From Clostridia bacterium (lineage in GTDB: Bacteria > Bacillota > Clostridia > UBA1381 > UMGS1253): 64,000 nt of DNA. The stretch lies in NCBI GenBank assembly GCA_045537695.1, contig JAZSQB010000038.1, positions 30,206 to 94,205 on the forward strand, read 5' to 3'. The stretch's first letter is position 1. Every line of letters begins with the position of its first letter. Shown here in pieces: positions 37,045 through 47,652 of the stretch. Made by a program: the position numbers and the translations under genes. The notes under the pieces were generated by a model, which was given only the letters and a program-made list of their open reading frames with translations, made no database searches and was not told where the DNA came from.

Positions 37045-39482
37045 TTGCAGGAATCGTCGTTTCCAAAACGGCAAGAGAAGTCGATAAGATTTTTGATTAT
37101 ACAATTGGAGAAGCGCTGACCGGGCAGGTGGCTGTCGGGGCGCACGTTTTGGTGCCGTTTGGCAGAAACAATATGCTGACGGAAGGCTTCGTTGTTTATA
37201 TCCGCGAACGGAAAACGACGAAGGCGCTCAAGGAAATTCATTCTTTGGCATCGCCGGAGCCGCTATTGGACGAAAAGGGCATAGAATTAGCGTTCGCCAT
37301 TCGCGAAACGACGCTTTGCACGTATACGGAAGCCTTGCATTTGCTGATTCCGACTGGGGCGAGCGTACGTATGGAGACATGGGTGCGTCTGGCGGCGGAT
37401 GCAGAGATCGGCAGCTTAAAGGGCAGGCAAGCGGAAGTGGCCAAGAAGCTTTCGGAAGAAGGCGGCGAAACGGAGCTTGTGCGACTTCTGACTTTTTTTG
37501 AAACTAATGTCCGTCCGGTGATTACGGCGCTCGAGGAAAAGGGCATCGTTTCCCTTGCGCAGACCGAGGGGAGTGCCGTGAAGGAAAAGACGGTGCGTTT
37601 TGCCCGACTTTGCGTGGAGGCAGAAAACCTCTACGAGGTGGAAAGTGAACTAAAAAAACGTGCGCCGGTGCAGAGCCGGATGCTCAACGTTTTAAAATAC
37701 AATGAAGCCGTTGCGGTTTGCGATTTGGTTGCGATGACCGCGGCGAGCTACAATGCAGTCAATGCCTTAAAAAACAAAGGCTATATTGAATTTTTTGATA
37801 AAGTGATTCGCCGCACGGAAGTGTCGGCGCAGGCAAAAGAAGTGCCGCCGGAGATGACGGCGGAGCAAAAAAAGGTGTATACCGCCGTTTGCAAGGCTTT
37901 GGATGCCAAAAAGATGCAGGAATTTTTGCTGCGTGGTGTGACCGGTAGCGGCAAAACCGAAGTCTATATGCGATTAATCGAGCGCGTGATTGCGCGCGGG
38001 CAGGGCGCGATTGTGCTGGTGCCCGAAATTGCGCTGACGCCGCTGATGACCGGGCGTTTTACACGCCGATTCGGCGATGCGGTGGCAATTTTACATTCCG
38101 GCTTGTCGCTCGGGGAGCGCTATGATGAATGGAAGCGCATCCGCAGTGGCGAGGTGCAGGTGGTGGTCGGTGCGCGCAGTGCGATTTTTGCACCGCTACG
38201 CGATATTGGGCTAATTATCCTCGATGAAGAGCACGAAAATGCCTATAAATCCGAAACGGCGCCGCGTTACCACGCAAGGGATATTGCAAACATGCGTGCA
38301 CAGCAGCACGGTGCGGTCTGCATTTATGCATCCGCAACGCCGCTGATTGAAAGCTATTACAAGGCATTAAACGGGCAGTATACGCTGCTCGAGATGCACA
38401 ACCGTTATAATCAGAGCGCAATGCCGCACGTCTACATTGTGGATATGCGTGAGGAACTTAAAAACGGCAACCGCAGTATGTTTTCCGAAATGCTGCGCCA
38501 TGAGCTGGTGTACAACATCGACCATGGGGAGCAGACGATTTTGTTTTTAAACCGTCGCGGTTTTTCGACTTTTGTCTCCTGTCGTGAATGTGGCTATGTA
38601 GCAACTTGTCCGCACTGCAATATTTCGCTGACCTACCATAGATATACCGACCGATTAACGTGTCACTACTGTGGGTACACGCACGAAAATTATACAAAAT
38701 GTCCGTCCTGCGGCAGCAATTATATTCGCTTTTTCGGGGCAGGCACTCAAAAGGTGGAAGAGGCGCTTGTGCAGGAATTTGAAGGCATCAGCGTTGTGCG
38801 TATGGATGTGGATACGACTTCTACCAAAGCGGCACACCAAAAGCTTTTGGATAAATTTGAAACGGAAAAGGCCGATGTTTTATTGGGTACGCAAATGGTA
38901 TCCAAGGGACTCGATTTTCATACAGTAACGCTCGTCGGTGTACTGGCGGCAGATACCGCCTTGCATATCGACGATTACCGGAGCAGTGAGCGCACCTTTA
39001 ACCTGATTACGCAGGTTGCCGGTCGCGCCGGTCGCGGGGATGCGCCCGGTCGCGCCATAGTGCAGACCTATTCTCCGGAACACTATGCCATTGTGCATGC
39101 GAAAAAGCACGATTATATCGGATTTTACGGCGATGAAATTGCTTTTCGCCGTGCGATGCATTATCCGCCGTTTTGCGATATTGTGACCGTTTTGGTCAGC
39201 GGCAGCAGCGAAGCGATGGTGCGAAAGCATATTCGCGATTTGGCAAAGCATCTGCACGAGCGGATAGATGACGGCGCGCTCGGCAGAGCGACCATCCTCG
39301 GTCCCGTTGCGTCGGGTATAGCGAAAATCAAAGACAAATACCGCTATCGTATGGTTTTAAAATGCGAGGATGCGGAAAAGCTTAACCCGATTCTGCGCGA
39401 GCTAATTGATTTGCATTTGCAGGAGCCGAATCGGAAATATATGAGTTTGGTTATAGACAAAAACCCGAATTCTCTGGCATAA
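37041..39482 (+). CDS. priA: primosomal protein N' (replication restart helicase PriA)
   Basis: Walker A GVTGSGKTE, DEEH box (ILDEEHE), Cys-rich zinc-binding insert (CRECGY...CPHC...CHYCGY...CPSCG). ATGA overlap with coaBC. Confidence 0.95.
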   Translation: MIAGIVVSKTAREVDKIFDYTIGEALTGQVAVGAHVLVPFGRNNMLTEGFVVYIRERKTTKALKEIHSLASPEPLLDEKGIELAFAIRETTLCTYTEALHLLIPTGASVRMETWVRLAADAEIGSLKGRQAEVAKKLSEEGGETELVRLLTFFETNVRPVITALEEKGIVSLAQTEGSAVKEKTVRFARLCVEAENLYEVESELKKRAPVQSRMLNVLKYNEAVAVCDLVAMTAASYNAVNALKNKGYIEFFDKVIRRTEVSAQAKEVPPEMTAEQKKVYTAVCKALDAKKMQEFLLRGVTGSGKTEVYMRLIERVIARGQGAIVLVPEIALTPLMTGRFTRRFGDAVAILHSGLSLGERYDEWKRIRSGEVQVVVGARSAIFAPLRDIGLIILDEEHENAYKSETAPRYHARDIANMRAQQHGAVCIYASATPLIESYYKALNGQYTLLEMHNRYNQSAMPHVYIVDMREELKNGNRSMFSEMLRHELVYNIDHGEQTILFLNRRGFSTFVSCRECGYVATCPHCNISLTYHRYTDRLTCHYCGYTHENYTKCPSCGSNYIRFFGAGTQKVEEALVQEFEGISVVRMDVDTTSTKAAHQKLLDKFETEKADVLLGTQMVSKGLDFHTVTLVGVLAADTALHIDDYRSSERTFNLITQVAGRAGRGDAPGRAIVQTYSPEHYAIVHAKKHDYIGFYGDEIAFRRAMHYPPFCDIVTVLVSGSSEAMVRKHIRDLAKHLHERIDDGALGRATILGPVASGIAKIKDKYRYRMVLKCEDAEKLNPILRELIDLHLQEPNRKYMSLVIDKNPNSLA

Positions 39483-39525
39483 AAAGCAGAGGATGTATAA
39501 AAATCAGCTTAAAGGAGCGTAAAAA

Positions 39526-39984
39526 ATGGCAATTCGATTGATCAGAAAAGAGCCGGATGAGGTGCTGAGAAAAACAAGCCGTGAGGTCACGGTGTTTGAC
39601 GACCGTCTGGCACAGCTTTTAGATGATATGTTTGACACAATGTATGAGGCAAACGGCGTAGGTCTGGCTGCGGTGCAGGTGGGTATTTTAAAGCGCGCCG
39701 TTGTGGTAGATACGCGCGAAGAGGGCGAACGCTATGAACTCATTAATCCGAAGCTTGTTTATAAAAAGGGCGAGCGCGAATGCACGGAAGGGTGTTTGAG
39801 CGTACCGGGCGTGAGCGGGTATGTGAAGCGTCCGGAAAAAGTAATTGTGCGTGCGCAAGACAGACACGGTGAAACCTTTGAGGTGGAAGCAAAGGGCCTT
39901 TTGGCGCAGGCATTCTGCCACGAGATTGAGCATTTGGACGGCGGCTTGTTTATTGACAAGGTGACCGAGTATATTGAGGACTGA
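39526..39984 (+). CDS. def: peptide deformylase
   Basis: Motifs GVGLAAVQ, EGCLS and HEIEHLDG. Confidence 0.95.
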   Translation: MAIRLIRKEPDEVLRKTSREVTVFDDRLAQLLDDMFDTMYEANGVGLAAVQVGILKRAVVVDTREEGERYELINPKLVYKKGERECTEGCLSVPGVSGYVKRPEKVIVRAQDRHGETFEVEAKGLLAQAFCHEIEHLDGGLFIDKVTEYIED

Positions 39985-40003
39985 GAAAGGCAGGCGGCGA
40001 AGC

Positions 40004-40939
40004 TTGAAAATACTTTTTATGGGCACAAGTGATTATGCGGTGGTTTGCCTGGAGGCACTGGCAAACAGCAAGCACGAGGTGGTCTCCGTTGTGAGTCAGC
40101 CGGATAAGCCGAAAAACAGAGGGCATAAGCTCGCGCCGACACCGGTGCATGCGGCGGCGGATGCGCTTTCACTTTTGGTGCATCAGCCGGAAACGCTTAA
40201 AGACGGAGCATTTTTGCCGGTACTGGAAGCAGAGCAGCCGGATTTGATTGTGGTTGTGGCGTACGGCAAGATTCTGCCGTCATATGTATTGGAATTTCCA
40301 AAATACGGTTGTATCAACGTACACGCTTCGCTTTTGCCGAAATACCGCGGCGCGGCGCCGATTCAGCGCGCTGTGCTTGGCGGGGAGAAGATCACGGGCG
40401 TGACGACGATGTATATGGATGTCGGACTCGACACCGGTGATGTGATTTTGAAAAAGGAAACCGAAATCGGCGAAGATGAAACTTCGGCAGAGCTGTTTGA
40501 CCGCTTGGCGGTTTTGGGTGCCGAGGCGCTTATAGAAACCGTGGATTTGATTGAAAAGGGCATTGCGCCGCGCGAAAAGCAAAATGATGCGGAGAGCACC
40601 TATGCGGCGATGCTCGACAAGGCGCAGGCAGAAATTGACTGGACAAAATCCGCGCAGGAAATCAAAAATCTCGTGCGTGGGATGAATTCCTGGCCACTCG
40701 CTTACACATACTATAAGGGCGGTCGTATGAAAATCGGCAGTGTGCGTGTACTTAGCGGCAGCTTTGACGGCGCGCCGGGACAGGTTTTGTATGCCAACCG
40801 CACGGACGGACTTTGCATTCGCTGCGGCGATGGCGCGGTTTTGGCGCAGACAATACAGTTTGAAGGCAAAAAGATGATGGATGCCAAATCGTATTTTTTA
40901 GGCAACACCATCGAAGAAAATACAGTTTTAGGAGAGTGA
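40004..40939 (+). CDS. fmt: methionyl-tRNA formyltransferase
   Basis: A TTG start gives MKILFMGTSDYA. Also has the formyltransferase motif NVHASLLPKYRGAAPIQ. Confidence 0.93.
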   Translation: MKILFMGTSDYAVVCLEALANSKHEVVSVVSQPDKPKNRGHKLAPTPVHAAADALSLLVHQPETLKDGAFLPVLEAEQPDLIVVVAYGKILPSYVLEFPKYGCINVHASLLPKYRGAAPIQRAVLGGEKITGVTTMYMDVGLDTGDVILKKETEIGEDETSAELFDRLAVLGAEALIETVDLIEKGIAPREKQNDAESTYAAMLDKAQAEIDWTKSAQEIKNLVRGMNSWPLAYTYYKGGRMKIGSVRVLSGSFDGAPGQVLYANRTDGLCIRCGDGAVLAQTIQFEGKKMMDAKSYFLGNTIEENTVLGE

Positions 40940-40944
40940 CAGAT

Positions 40945-41631
40945 ATGTTTAGCGGGTACTACAGCTCGTATATTTACGTTTTGATTCCGCTTATCATTTC
41001 CCTTTGGGCAAGCTCGAAGGTAAATTCCACCTATCAGCGTTATGCCAAGGTGTTTTCTGCGCGCAATTTAACGGCGGCGCAGGTAACGCGACTGATTTTG
41101 GACAATGCCGGCTTGCGCCATATCGGGATTGAGCGCGTAGCAGGCAATCTGACGGACCATTATGATCCGAAGAAAAATGTGATCCGTTTATCGGAAACGG
41201 TGTATGATTCTACATCCGTGGCGGCGATTGGCGTTGCGGCGCACGAAGCGGGGCACGCACAGCAGTACGGGGACGGCTATCTGCCGATTAAAATCCGCAC
41301 CTGGCTTGTGCCGATTGCCAATCTTGGCTCACAAATGGCGATTCCGCTGATTATGCTCGGTTTGATTCTGGGATTTGCAGGGCTGGTGGATTTTGCGATT
41401 TGGCTCTATGTTGCCGTTGTGGCATTTTCATTGGTGACGCTGCCGGTGGAGTTTAATGCTTCCCGTCGCGCGATTCAGACCTTGGAAGGCTACGGCATTT
41501 TATCGACGGAAGAAAACAAAGCGGCAAAGAAGGTGCTTTCCGCTGCAGCGATGACCTATGTGGCATCGACGCTGGCGGCGATTGGATCGCTTATGCGTCT
41601 GCTTGCACTTTCCGGCAGGAGAAGAGACTGA
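40945..41631 (+). CDS. zinc metallopeptidase (membrane-associated, Zn_peptidase_2-like)
   Basis: HEAGH zinc motif with N- and C-terminal TM segments. AGGAGAG RBS before ATG 40945. Confidence 0.8.
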   Translation: MFSGYYSSYIYVLIPLIISLWASSKVNSTYQRYAKVFSARNLTAAQVTRLILDNAGLRHIGIERVAGNLTDHYDPKKNVIRLSETVYDSTSVAAIGVAAHEAGHAQQYGDGYLPIKIRTWLVPIANLGSQMAIPLIMLGLILGFAGLVDFAIWLYVAVVAFSLVTLPVEFNASRRAIQTLEGYGILSTEENKAAKKVLSAAAMTYVASTLAAIGSLMRLLALSGRRRD

Positions 41632-42965
41632 TGGAAGCAAAACGGTCCGATGCGCGCTTTTGCGCCTATAAAATTTTATATGCCTTCTGGGGCGAGGGCG
41701 CCTATGTCAACCTGGCACTAGCGGAAGGACTGCCGACATCTATGGATGCGCGCGACAAGGCACTGGCGGCGAGCATTGTCTATGGCTGTGTGAAATATCA
41801 GCTGTATTTAGACTATATTATCGCGAAATTTTCCAGTGTGAAATTAAAGAAAATTTCTTTAAATGTTTTGGTGCTTTTGCGGATGGGTGTGTTTCAGATG
41901 ATGCACTTAGACCGCGTGCCGGACAGTGCGGCGGTGGATGAATGTGTCCGATTAGCAGGCAAGCTTGCCTACCGCTCGAAAGGCTTTGTCAACGGCATTC
42001 TGCGCAGTATCGCGCGGGAAAAGGACAAGATTGCTTTGCCGACGAATACGGCGGAACGCATCGGCATTTTGTATTCGTTTCCGCAGGATTTGGTGCAGCA
42101 CTTTATTGCGCTGTACGGCGAAGAAAGGACAGAGACACTTTGCAGTGCGTTTTGTGTGCCGCCAAAGATGCACGTGCGCGTAAATACGCTGAAGACAAGT
42201 GTTGCGGCGGTGCGTGCAGATTTGGAAGCGGCAAGCGTTTTGGTGACAGACGGTTTTTATGACGATGCTCTGATTCTGGGCGGCACGGATATAACGCGGC
42301 TGGATGCCTATAAAGCAGGACTATTGACAGCGCAGGGCGCTGGCTCGATGTGCGCGGTGCGTGCGTTGGATGCAAAACAAGGTATGACTGTGCTCGATAT
42401 GTGTGCGGCGCCGGGCGGTAAGAGTGTGTATATTGCACAACGCGCGGGAAATGCCTGCGACTTGCACGCCTTTGATATTCACGAGCACAAAACGGCGCTG
42501 ATTGATTCGACGGCGCGGCGTTTGGGCATAGATTGTATTACTTCTAAGCGCGCAGATGCGTCGGTTGCGATGGAAATGTATGCCGGCACAGCGGACTGCG
42601 TATTGGTGGATGCACCGTGTTCGGGGCTCGGTATTATCGGGAAAAAGCCGGACATAAAATATACATGGAGCAATGAAAAAGAGGCAGAGCTTGCGGCGCT
42701 GCAGCTGAAGATATTAAACACCTGTCAGGCGTATGTCAAGTCGGGCGGCGTGTTGGTATACAGCACCTGTACCATCGGCGAAAAGGAAAATTTAGCGGTG
42801 GTGCGTGCGTTTTTAAAGGAAAATCCGGCGTTTTCGCTTTGCGATATGACTGATGCTTTACCAAACGGCATAGACAAGGACACGGCGAAGGACGGTTATG
42901 CGGCATTTTATCCGGATGCGGATGGGATGGACGGATTTTTCGTATGCAAAATGAAGAGGAATTAG
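41631..42965 (+). CDS. rsmB: 16S rRNA (cytosine967-C5)-methyltransferase
   Basis: NusB-like N-domain, SAM motif DMCAAPGGK, and catalytic PCSG and TCT regions. Confidence 0.9.
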   Translation: MEAKRSDARFCAYKILYAFWGEGAYVNLALAEGLPTSMDARDKALAASIVYGCVKYQLYLDYIIAKFSSVKLKKISLNVLVLLRMGVFQMMHLDRVPDSAAVDECVRLAGKLAYRSKGFVNGILRSIAREKDKIALPTNTAERIGILYSFPQDLVQHFIALYGEERTETLCSAFCVPPKMHVRVNTLKTSVAAVRADLEAASVLVTDGFYDDALILGGTDITRLDAYKAGLLTAQGAGSMCAVRALDAKQGMTVLDMCAAPGGKSVYIAQRAGNACDLHAFDIHEHKTALIDSTARRLGIDCITSKRADASVAMEMYAGTADCVLVDAPCSGLGIIGKKPDIKYTWSNEKEAELAALQLKILNTCQAYVKSGGVLVYSTCTIGEKENLAVVRAFLKENPAFSLCDMTDALPNGIDKDTAKDGYAAFYPDADGMDGFFVCKMKRN

Positions 42966-42966
42966 T

Positions 42967-44001
42967 ATGGAAAAGGTAGATTTAAGAAGTCTTACATATA
43001 CAGAGTTAGAGGCATTTTTGGTGCGCGCGGGCGAAAAGAAATTCCGCGCCCAACAGGTGTTTTCGTGGTTACACGAAAAGGGCGTTTCTTCTATAGAAGA
43101 GATGACCAATCTTTCTAAAGCGCTGCGCAGTACGCTGGCAGAGACCGGCTACATTGCCGGTGTATCCGTTTTGGAAAAGTATGTTTCCAAAAAGGACGGT
43201 ACGGTAAAGTATCTGATGCGGTTAGATGACGATGAATGTATCGAAACCGTTGTGATGCAGTATCATCACGGGCTTACGATTTGCATTTCCTCGCAGGTGG
43301 GTTGCCGTATGGGTTGTCGCTTCTGCGCATCGACGCTCGGTGGCAAAAAGCGCGATTTGCTTGCCGGCGAGATTTTAGGCCAGATTTACTGTGCGCAGGC
43401 GGATTTGGGTAAGCGCATTTCCAATATTGTAATGATGGGTATTGGTGAGCCACTCGATAATTTTGATAATGTTCGCGCGTTTTTGGAAATTGTTAATGAC
43501 GAGCGCGGCGTGAATATCGGCTACCGGCACATTTCGCTCTCGACTTGCGGATTGATACATGGGATTGCCAAGCTGGCGGAAATGAATATTCCGATTACGC
43601 TGTCGATTTCACTGCACGCGCCCAATGATGCCATTCGCACGAGTATGATGCCGGTCAACAAGGCGCACAACATTGAAGAATTGCTTCGCGCGTGCCGTGC
43701 GTATCAGAAGGTGACGGGAAGACGCATTTCGTTTGAATACGCAATGTGTGACGGGGTAAATGATGCTGCAGAACATGCGCAGGAACTGGCACAGCGGCTT
43801 TCGGGTATGCTTTGCCACGTGAATCTAATTCCGGTCAACAACGTTAAGGAACGCAATTACAGAAAGAGCAAAAAGGAAAACATAGAGAATTTTATCGCAG
43901 TGCTGGCAAAAAACGGCATCACGGCAACCGTGCGCCGCGAGCTTGGAAGTGATATCAGTGCTTCGTGTGGTCAGCTTAGACAAAAGACGCTGGAAGCGTA
44001 G
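42967..44001 (+). CDS. rlmN: 23S rRNA (adenine2503-C2)-methyltransferase
   Basis: Radical SAM motif CRMGCRFC, plus FRAQQVFSW and MGIGEPLDN blocks. Confidence 0.94.
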   Translation: MEKVDLRSLTYTELEAFLVRAGEKKFRAQQVFSWLHEKGVSSIEEMTNLSKALRSTLAETGYIAGVSVLEKYVSKKDGTVKYLMRLDDDECIETVVMQYHHGLTICISSQVGCRMGCRFCASTLGGKKRDLLAGEILGQIYCAQADLGKRISNIVMMGIGEPLDNFDNVRAFLEIVNDERGVNIGYRHISLSTCGLIHGIAKLAEMNIPITLSISLHAPNDAIRTSMMPVNKAHNIEELLRACRAYQKVTGRRISFEYAMCDGVNDAAEHAQELAQRLSGMLCHVNLIPVNNVKERNYRKSKKENIENFIAVLAKNGITATVRRELGSDISASCGQLRQKTLEA

Positions 44002-44019
44002 TAAAAAGAGGGTGAGTGC

Positions 44020-44748
44020 TTGGAATTTGTGACAAGAACACATATAGGGCAGGTCAGAAGTGCAAATCAAGACAGCGCTGTTGCGTTTGTACATGCCGGG
44101 TTTTTAATTGGCATTGTGGCAGATGGTATGGGCGGGCATAATGGTGGTGCCGAGGCGAGCCGAATGGCGATTGCCTGCGTCAAAGCCTATTTGCTTTCGC
44201 ATTTACACGCAACAGACGATGCAGACGCCTTGAAAGTGCACTTGAATGCAGCGTATGCTAGGACAAACAAGGAAATTCTGAACAAGGCACTGACAGGGGC
44301 GGCATATAGCGGTATGGGAACCACCCTGACCGTGGCACTGCTGAAGGATGGAGAACTTTTTGTGTCCAATGTGGGCGACAGCAGAGCATACATAGTAGAT
44401 AGGAAGCAGCTGTCCCAAATTACGGTGGATCAGACCTGGGTGCAGCGTCTGATTGAAAATGGTGAGATTACGCAGGAAGAAGCGAAAACACATCCGTATC
44501 GCCACGTAATTATGCAGGCGGTCGGCACGGAGGAAAACGTGCGCGCGGAGATGTATACGGCTAAGCTTACCGAAGGCGAAACAGTGCTGCTTTGTTCGGA
44601 CGGTTGTTCCGGTGAAGTAGATGAGGTGCAGCTTACGGAAATTCTGCTTGCTACATCGGATTTGGATGCGAAGGCGGAGGCGTTGATTGCCGCTGCAAAT
44701 GCAGCGGGCGGCGCTGATAACATCACAGTGGTGCTGTTGCGCAGATAA
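44020..44748 (+). CDS. prpC: PP2C-family Ser/Thr phosphatase (Stp/PrpC)
   Basis: PP2C blocks: G.VR..NQD, VADGMGGH, CSDG and DNITVV. TTG start. Confidence 0.9.
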   Translation: MEFVTRTHIGQVRSANQDSAVAFVHAGFLIGIVADGMGGHNGGAEASRMAIACVKAYLLSHLHATDDADALKVHLNAAYARTNKEILNKALTGAAYSGMGTTLTVALLKDGELFVSNVGDSRAYIVDRKQLSQITVDQTWVQRLIENGEITQEEAKTHPYRHVIMQAVGTEENVRAEMYTAKLTEGETVLLCSDGCSGEVDEVQLTEILLATSDLDAKAEALIAAANAAGGADNITVVLLRR

Positions 44749-44800
44749 AATCTTTGGTGGAGTGCAGTTTCGTTTATTTTGGAAGGAAGGGAAAACCCTT

Positions 44801-46732
44801 ATGAATCAGTACATTGGAATTGGAACGGTCTTGGGCGACCGTTATGAAATAATTGAAAAAATAGGTAGCGGTGGTATGGCGCACGTGTATAAGGCGCATT
44901 GCCGCGTATTAAACCGTCATGTTGCCATTAAGGTGCTACGCGATGAGTTTGTGGATGACGAAGCGTTTGCGCGTCGTTTTACAACAGAGGCGCAGGCAGC
45001 TGCGCCGCTCAGCCATGCTAATATTGTGTCTGTATTTGACGTATGTAGTGAGGGAAATCTTCGCTATATTGTTATGGAGCTGGTAGAGGGCATAACTTTA
45101 AAGTCATATATCGACGGACACGCGCCCATACCATGGGAGACAGCGGTTGCGATTATGCAGCAGATTTGCGAAGCGCTGGAGTGCGCACATAAGCATGGCG
45201 TTGTGCATCAGGATATTAAGCCGCAAAATATTATTCTGACGCCGGATGGTGTAGTCAAGGTAATGGATTTCGGCATAGCGCACGCGACAAATGCCTCGAC
45301 CATTCAGGCAGGCAATGCAGATGGTGTGTTTGGTTCGGTGCATTATTGTTCGCCGGAGCAGGCACGCGGCGGTTTTACCGATGCAAAAACGGATATTTAT
45401 TCGGCAGGTGTTGTACTTTATGAAATGCTGACCAGTCGTGTGCCGTTTGATGCGCAGACTCCAGTGGCGGTGGCGCTTAAGCATATGCAGGAGGATGCGG
45501 TGCCGCCGAGTACGATTCATCCGGATATGCCGATGGATTTGGAAATCGTTGTGTTTAAGGCAATGTGCCGTGAAAAGCACAGCCGTTACGCCTCAGCGAC
45601 AGAAATGCTGCGCGATTTGAATTATGTACTCGACGGCGTACACGTCAATGAGAATGTAGATGAACAGGAGACAGTGCAGCATCGTTGTAAGGATGATGTG
45701 AGCAATAGTAAAAGCACAAAGAAAAGAAAGCAAAAAAAGGAAAGGGATGCCCCTGCGAAAAAGAGTGACATTTTAATTATTTTGGCGTCCGTATTTTGTG
45801 CATTGTTGCTCTTCGGTGGTGTGTTCGCACTCTACTTGAGTATGGGAGGCAGCTTAAATGAAGTGGTCGTGCCAAAGGTGACGGATTGTTCGAGCCACGA
45901 GGGACAGGCAATTTTAGAAGAAAGCAAACTTTCTATGATTGTGGAAGAAATTGTATTTGATACAAAATATGATGCCGGTATCATTGTGGATCAGGAGCCG
46001 AAGGCTGGTAAGACCGTGAAAAAGGGGTATACCGTTAAGGTGACTGTCAGCGGCGGTTTAGAAGAATTATTGGTGCCGAATGTTGTGAATATGGATGTCG
46101 ACGATGCCATTTCGGATTTGAAAGCGGCAGGATTTAAGGTCAATCGCAAGACGCAGCATAGCGCAGATTTGCCGAAAAACGCAGTTGTGCGCCAAAGTCC
46201 GTTGGGTAGCACGGTTGGCAACAAGGGCGATACGGTCATTATTTATGTCAATGACAGGGAGATGGACAGCACAGTGCCGACACTGACGGGCTTGCCGTTA
46301 GAGGCGGCAAAGCAGAAGATTACGGAATTTGGCATGACGCTTGGTACCATTGTCGGTGAAAAGACCAATGGTACGAGCGGTATTGTTATAAGACAGACGC
46401 CGGAGGCTACGTTACATGCGAAACCGGGTACGCTAATTAATCTTGTAGTAAGTGTAGACGCATCCGGTACATTGCCGGATGGCACGAAGCTACTGGATGT
46501 GGACGGCGATATCGGCGCAGATGTGCAGCAGGTAAAAACTGTGACGATTGATGTGCCACAGGACAAAGAAACAACACACATTCGTGTTGTGCAGGATGGC
46601 AAGGATATTCACAGTGCACAACACAGCGAGAGTGAGGGCAACTTCACGCTACAGGTGACCGGCATGGGCACCGTGATCCTCGATGTTTATCACGACAATG
46701 TACTGGTTGGTGAAAAGTACGTGAATTTTTAA
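44801..46732 (+). CDS. prkC: Ser/Thr protein kinase with PASTA repeats
   Basis: Hanks kinase motifs (GSGGMAHVYKA, AIKV, HQDIKPQN, DFG, SPEQ), a TM segment, three PASTA-like repeats and a C-terminal beta-rich domain. Start at ATG 44801. Confidence 0.93.
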   Translation: MNQYIGIGTVLGDRYEIIEKIGSGGMAHVYKAHCRVLNRHVAIKVLRDEFVDDEAFARRFTTEAQAAAPLSHANIVSVFDVCSEGNLRYIVMELVEGITLKSYIDGHAPIPWETAVAIMQQICEALECAHKHGVVHQDIKPQNIILTPDGVVKVMDFGIAHATNASTIQAGNADGVFGSVHYCSPEQARGGFTDAKTDIYSAGVVLYEMLTSRVPFDAQTPVAVALKHMQEDAVPPSTIHPDMPMDLEIVVFKAMCREKHSRYASATEMLRDLNYVLDGVHVNENVDEQETVQHRCKDDVSNSKSTKKRKQKKERDAPAKKSDILIILASVFCALLLFGGVFALYLSMGGSLNEVVVPKVTDCSSHEGQAILEESKLSMIVEEIVFDTKYDAGIIVDQEPKAGKTVKKGYTVKVTVSGGLEELLVPNVVNMDVDDAISDLKAAGFKVNRKTQHSADLPKNAVVRQSPLGSTVGNKGDTVIIYVNDREMDSTVPTLTGLPLEAAKQKITEFGMTLGTIVGEKTNGTSGIVIRQTPEATLHAKPGTLINLVVSVDASGTLPDGTKLLDVDGDIGADVQQVKTVTIDVPQDKETTHIRVVQDGKDIHSAQHSESEGNFTLQVTGMGTVILDVYHDNVLVGEKYVNF

Positions 46733-46743
46733 AGGGAGATTGT

Positions 46744-47613
46744 ATGACGGAAGGAATTATTATCAAAGGCATAGGCGGCTTTTACTATGTACGGACGGCT
46801 TCGGATGTGGTGGAATGTAAAGCGCGAGGTATTTTTCGCAAGGAAGGACAAATTCCGATGGTTGGTGACCGCGTTACTATTGTCAAAAAGAACGGTAAAG
46901 GCAGCATTGAGGAAATTTTTCCGCGCAAAAACAGTCTGATCCGCCCGGCGGTATCCAACATTGATCAACTGGTGGTTACGGTAGCTTTGACCGATCCGAC
47001 ACCGAATCTGTATTTAGTGGATTGCTTTTTGCTGCTCGGGGCTTATACGGGCATTGATACGATATTGTGCTTTAATAAAACGGATTTGACTGAGGATGCG
47101 TCGTTGGCGGAAATTTATGCAAAAGCCGGCTACGACACAATTTTAACCAGTGTGCAGACGATGGAGGGCATAGACGCGCTCAAGGCGCGTTTACAAGGGA
47201 AAACGAGCGCATTTGCCGGCAACTCCGGCGTTGGTAAATCCAGCCTTTTAAACGCACTTGGCATTTCGGGCAAAATGGAAACCGGCAGTATCAGCGATAA
47301 AATACGCCGCGGCAGACATACCACACGCCACGTGGAGCTGTTGGAGCTGCAGGGTGGCGGTTTCGTACTCGATACACCGGGTTTTTCCAGCTTTGAAACG
47401 CCGGAGATTCCGGCGGACGAGCTTGCCGAATATTTTATTGAATTTGCACCATATCTGGGTGGTTGTCGTTTCCGCGGTTGTGCGCATGTACAGGAACCGG
47501 ATTGCGCTGTAAAACAGGCACTTGCCGACGGCAAGATTTCTACAAGCCGTTATCAGAGTTATTGTGCACTCTACGAGGAACGCAAAGCAGTTAAGGCATG
47601 GCAAACGAAGTAA
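46744..47613 (+). CDS. rsgA: ribosome small subunit-dependent GTPase A
   Basis: Circularly permuted GTPase: NKTDL then GNSGVGKSSLLN, with a zinc-binding C-terminus CRFRGCAHVQEPDC. Confidence 0.93.
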   Translation: MTEGIIIKGIGGFYYVRTASDVVECKARGIFRKEGQIPMVGDRVTIVKKNGKGSIEEIFPRKNSLIRPAVSNIDQLVVTVALTDPTPNLYLVDCFLLLGAYTGIDTILCFNKTDLTEDASLAEIYAKAGYDTILTSVQTMEGIDALKARLQGKTSAFAGNSGVGKSSLLNALGISGKMETGSISDKIRRGRHTTRHVELLELQGGGFVLDTPGFSSFETPEIPADELAEYFIEFAPYLGGCRFRGCAHVQEPDCAVKQALADGKISTSRYQSYCALYEERKAVKAWQTK

Positions 47614-47652
47614 CATATTATATAAAAAAGAATAAACAAAGGAGAAATAGTT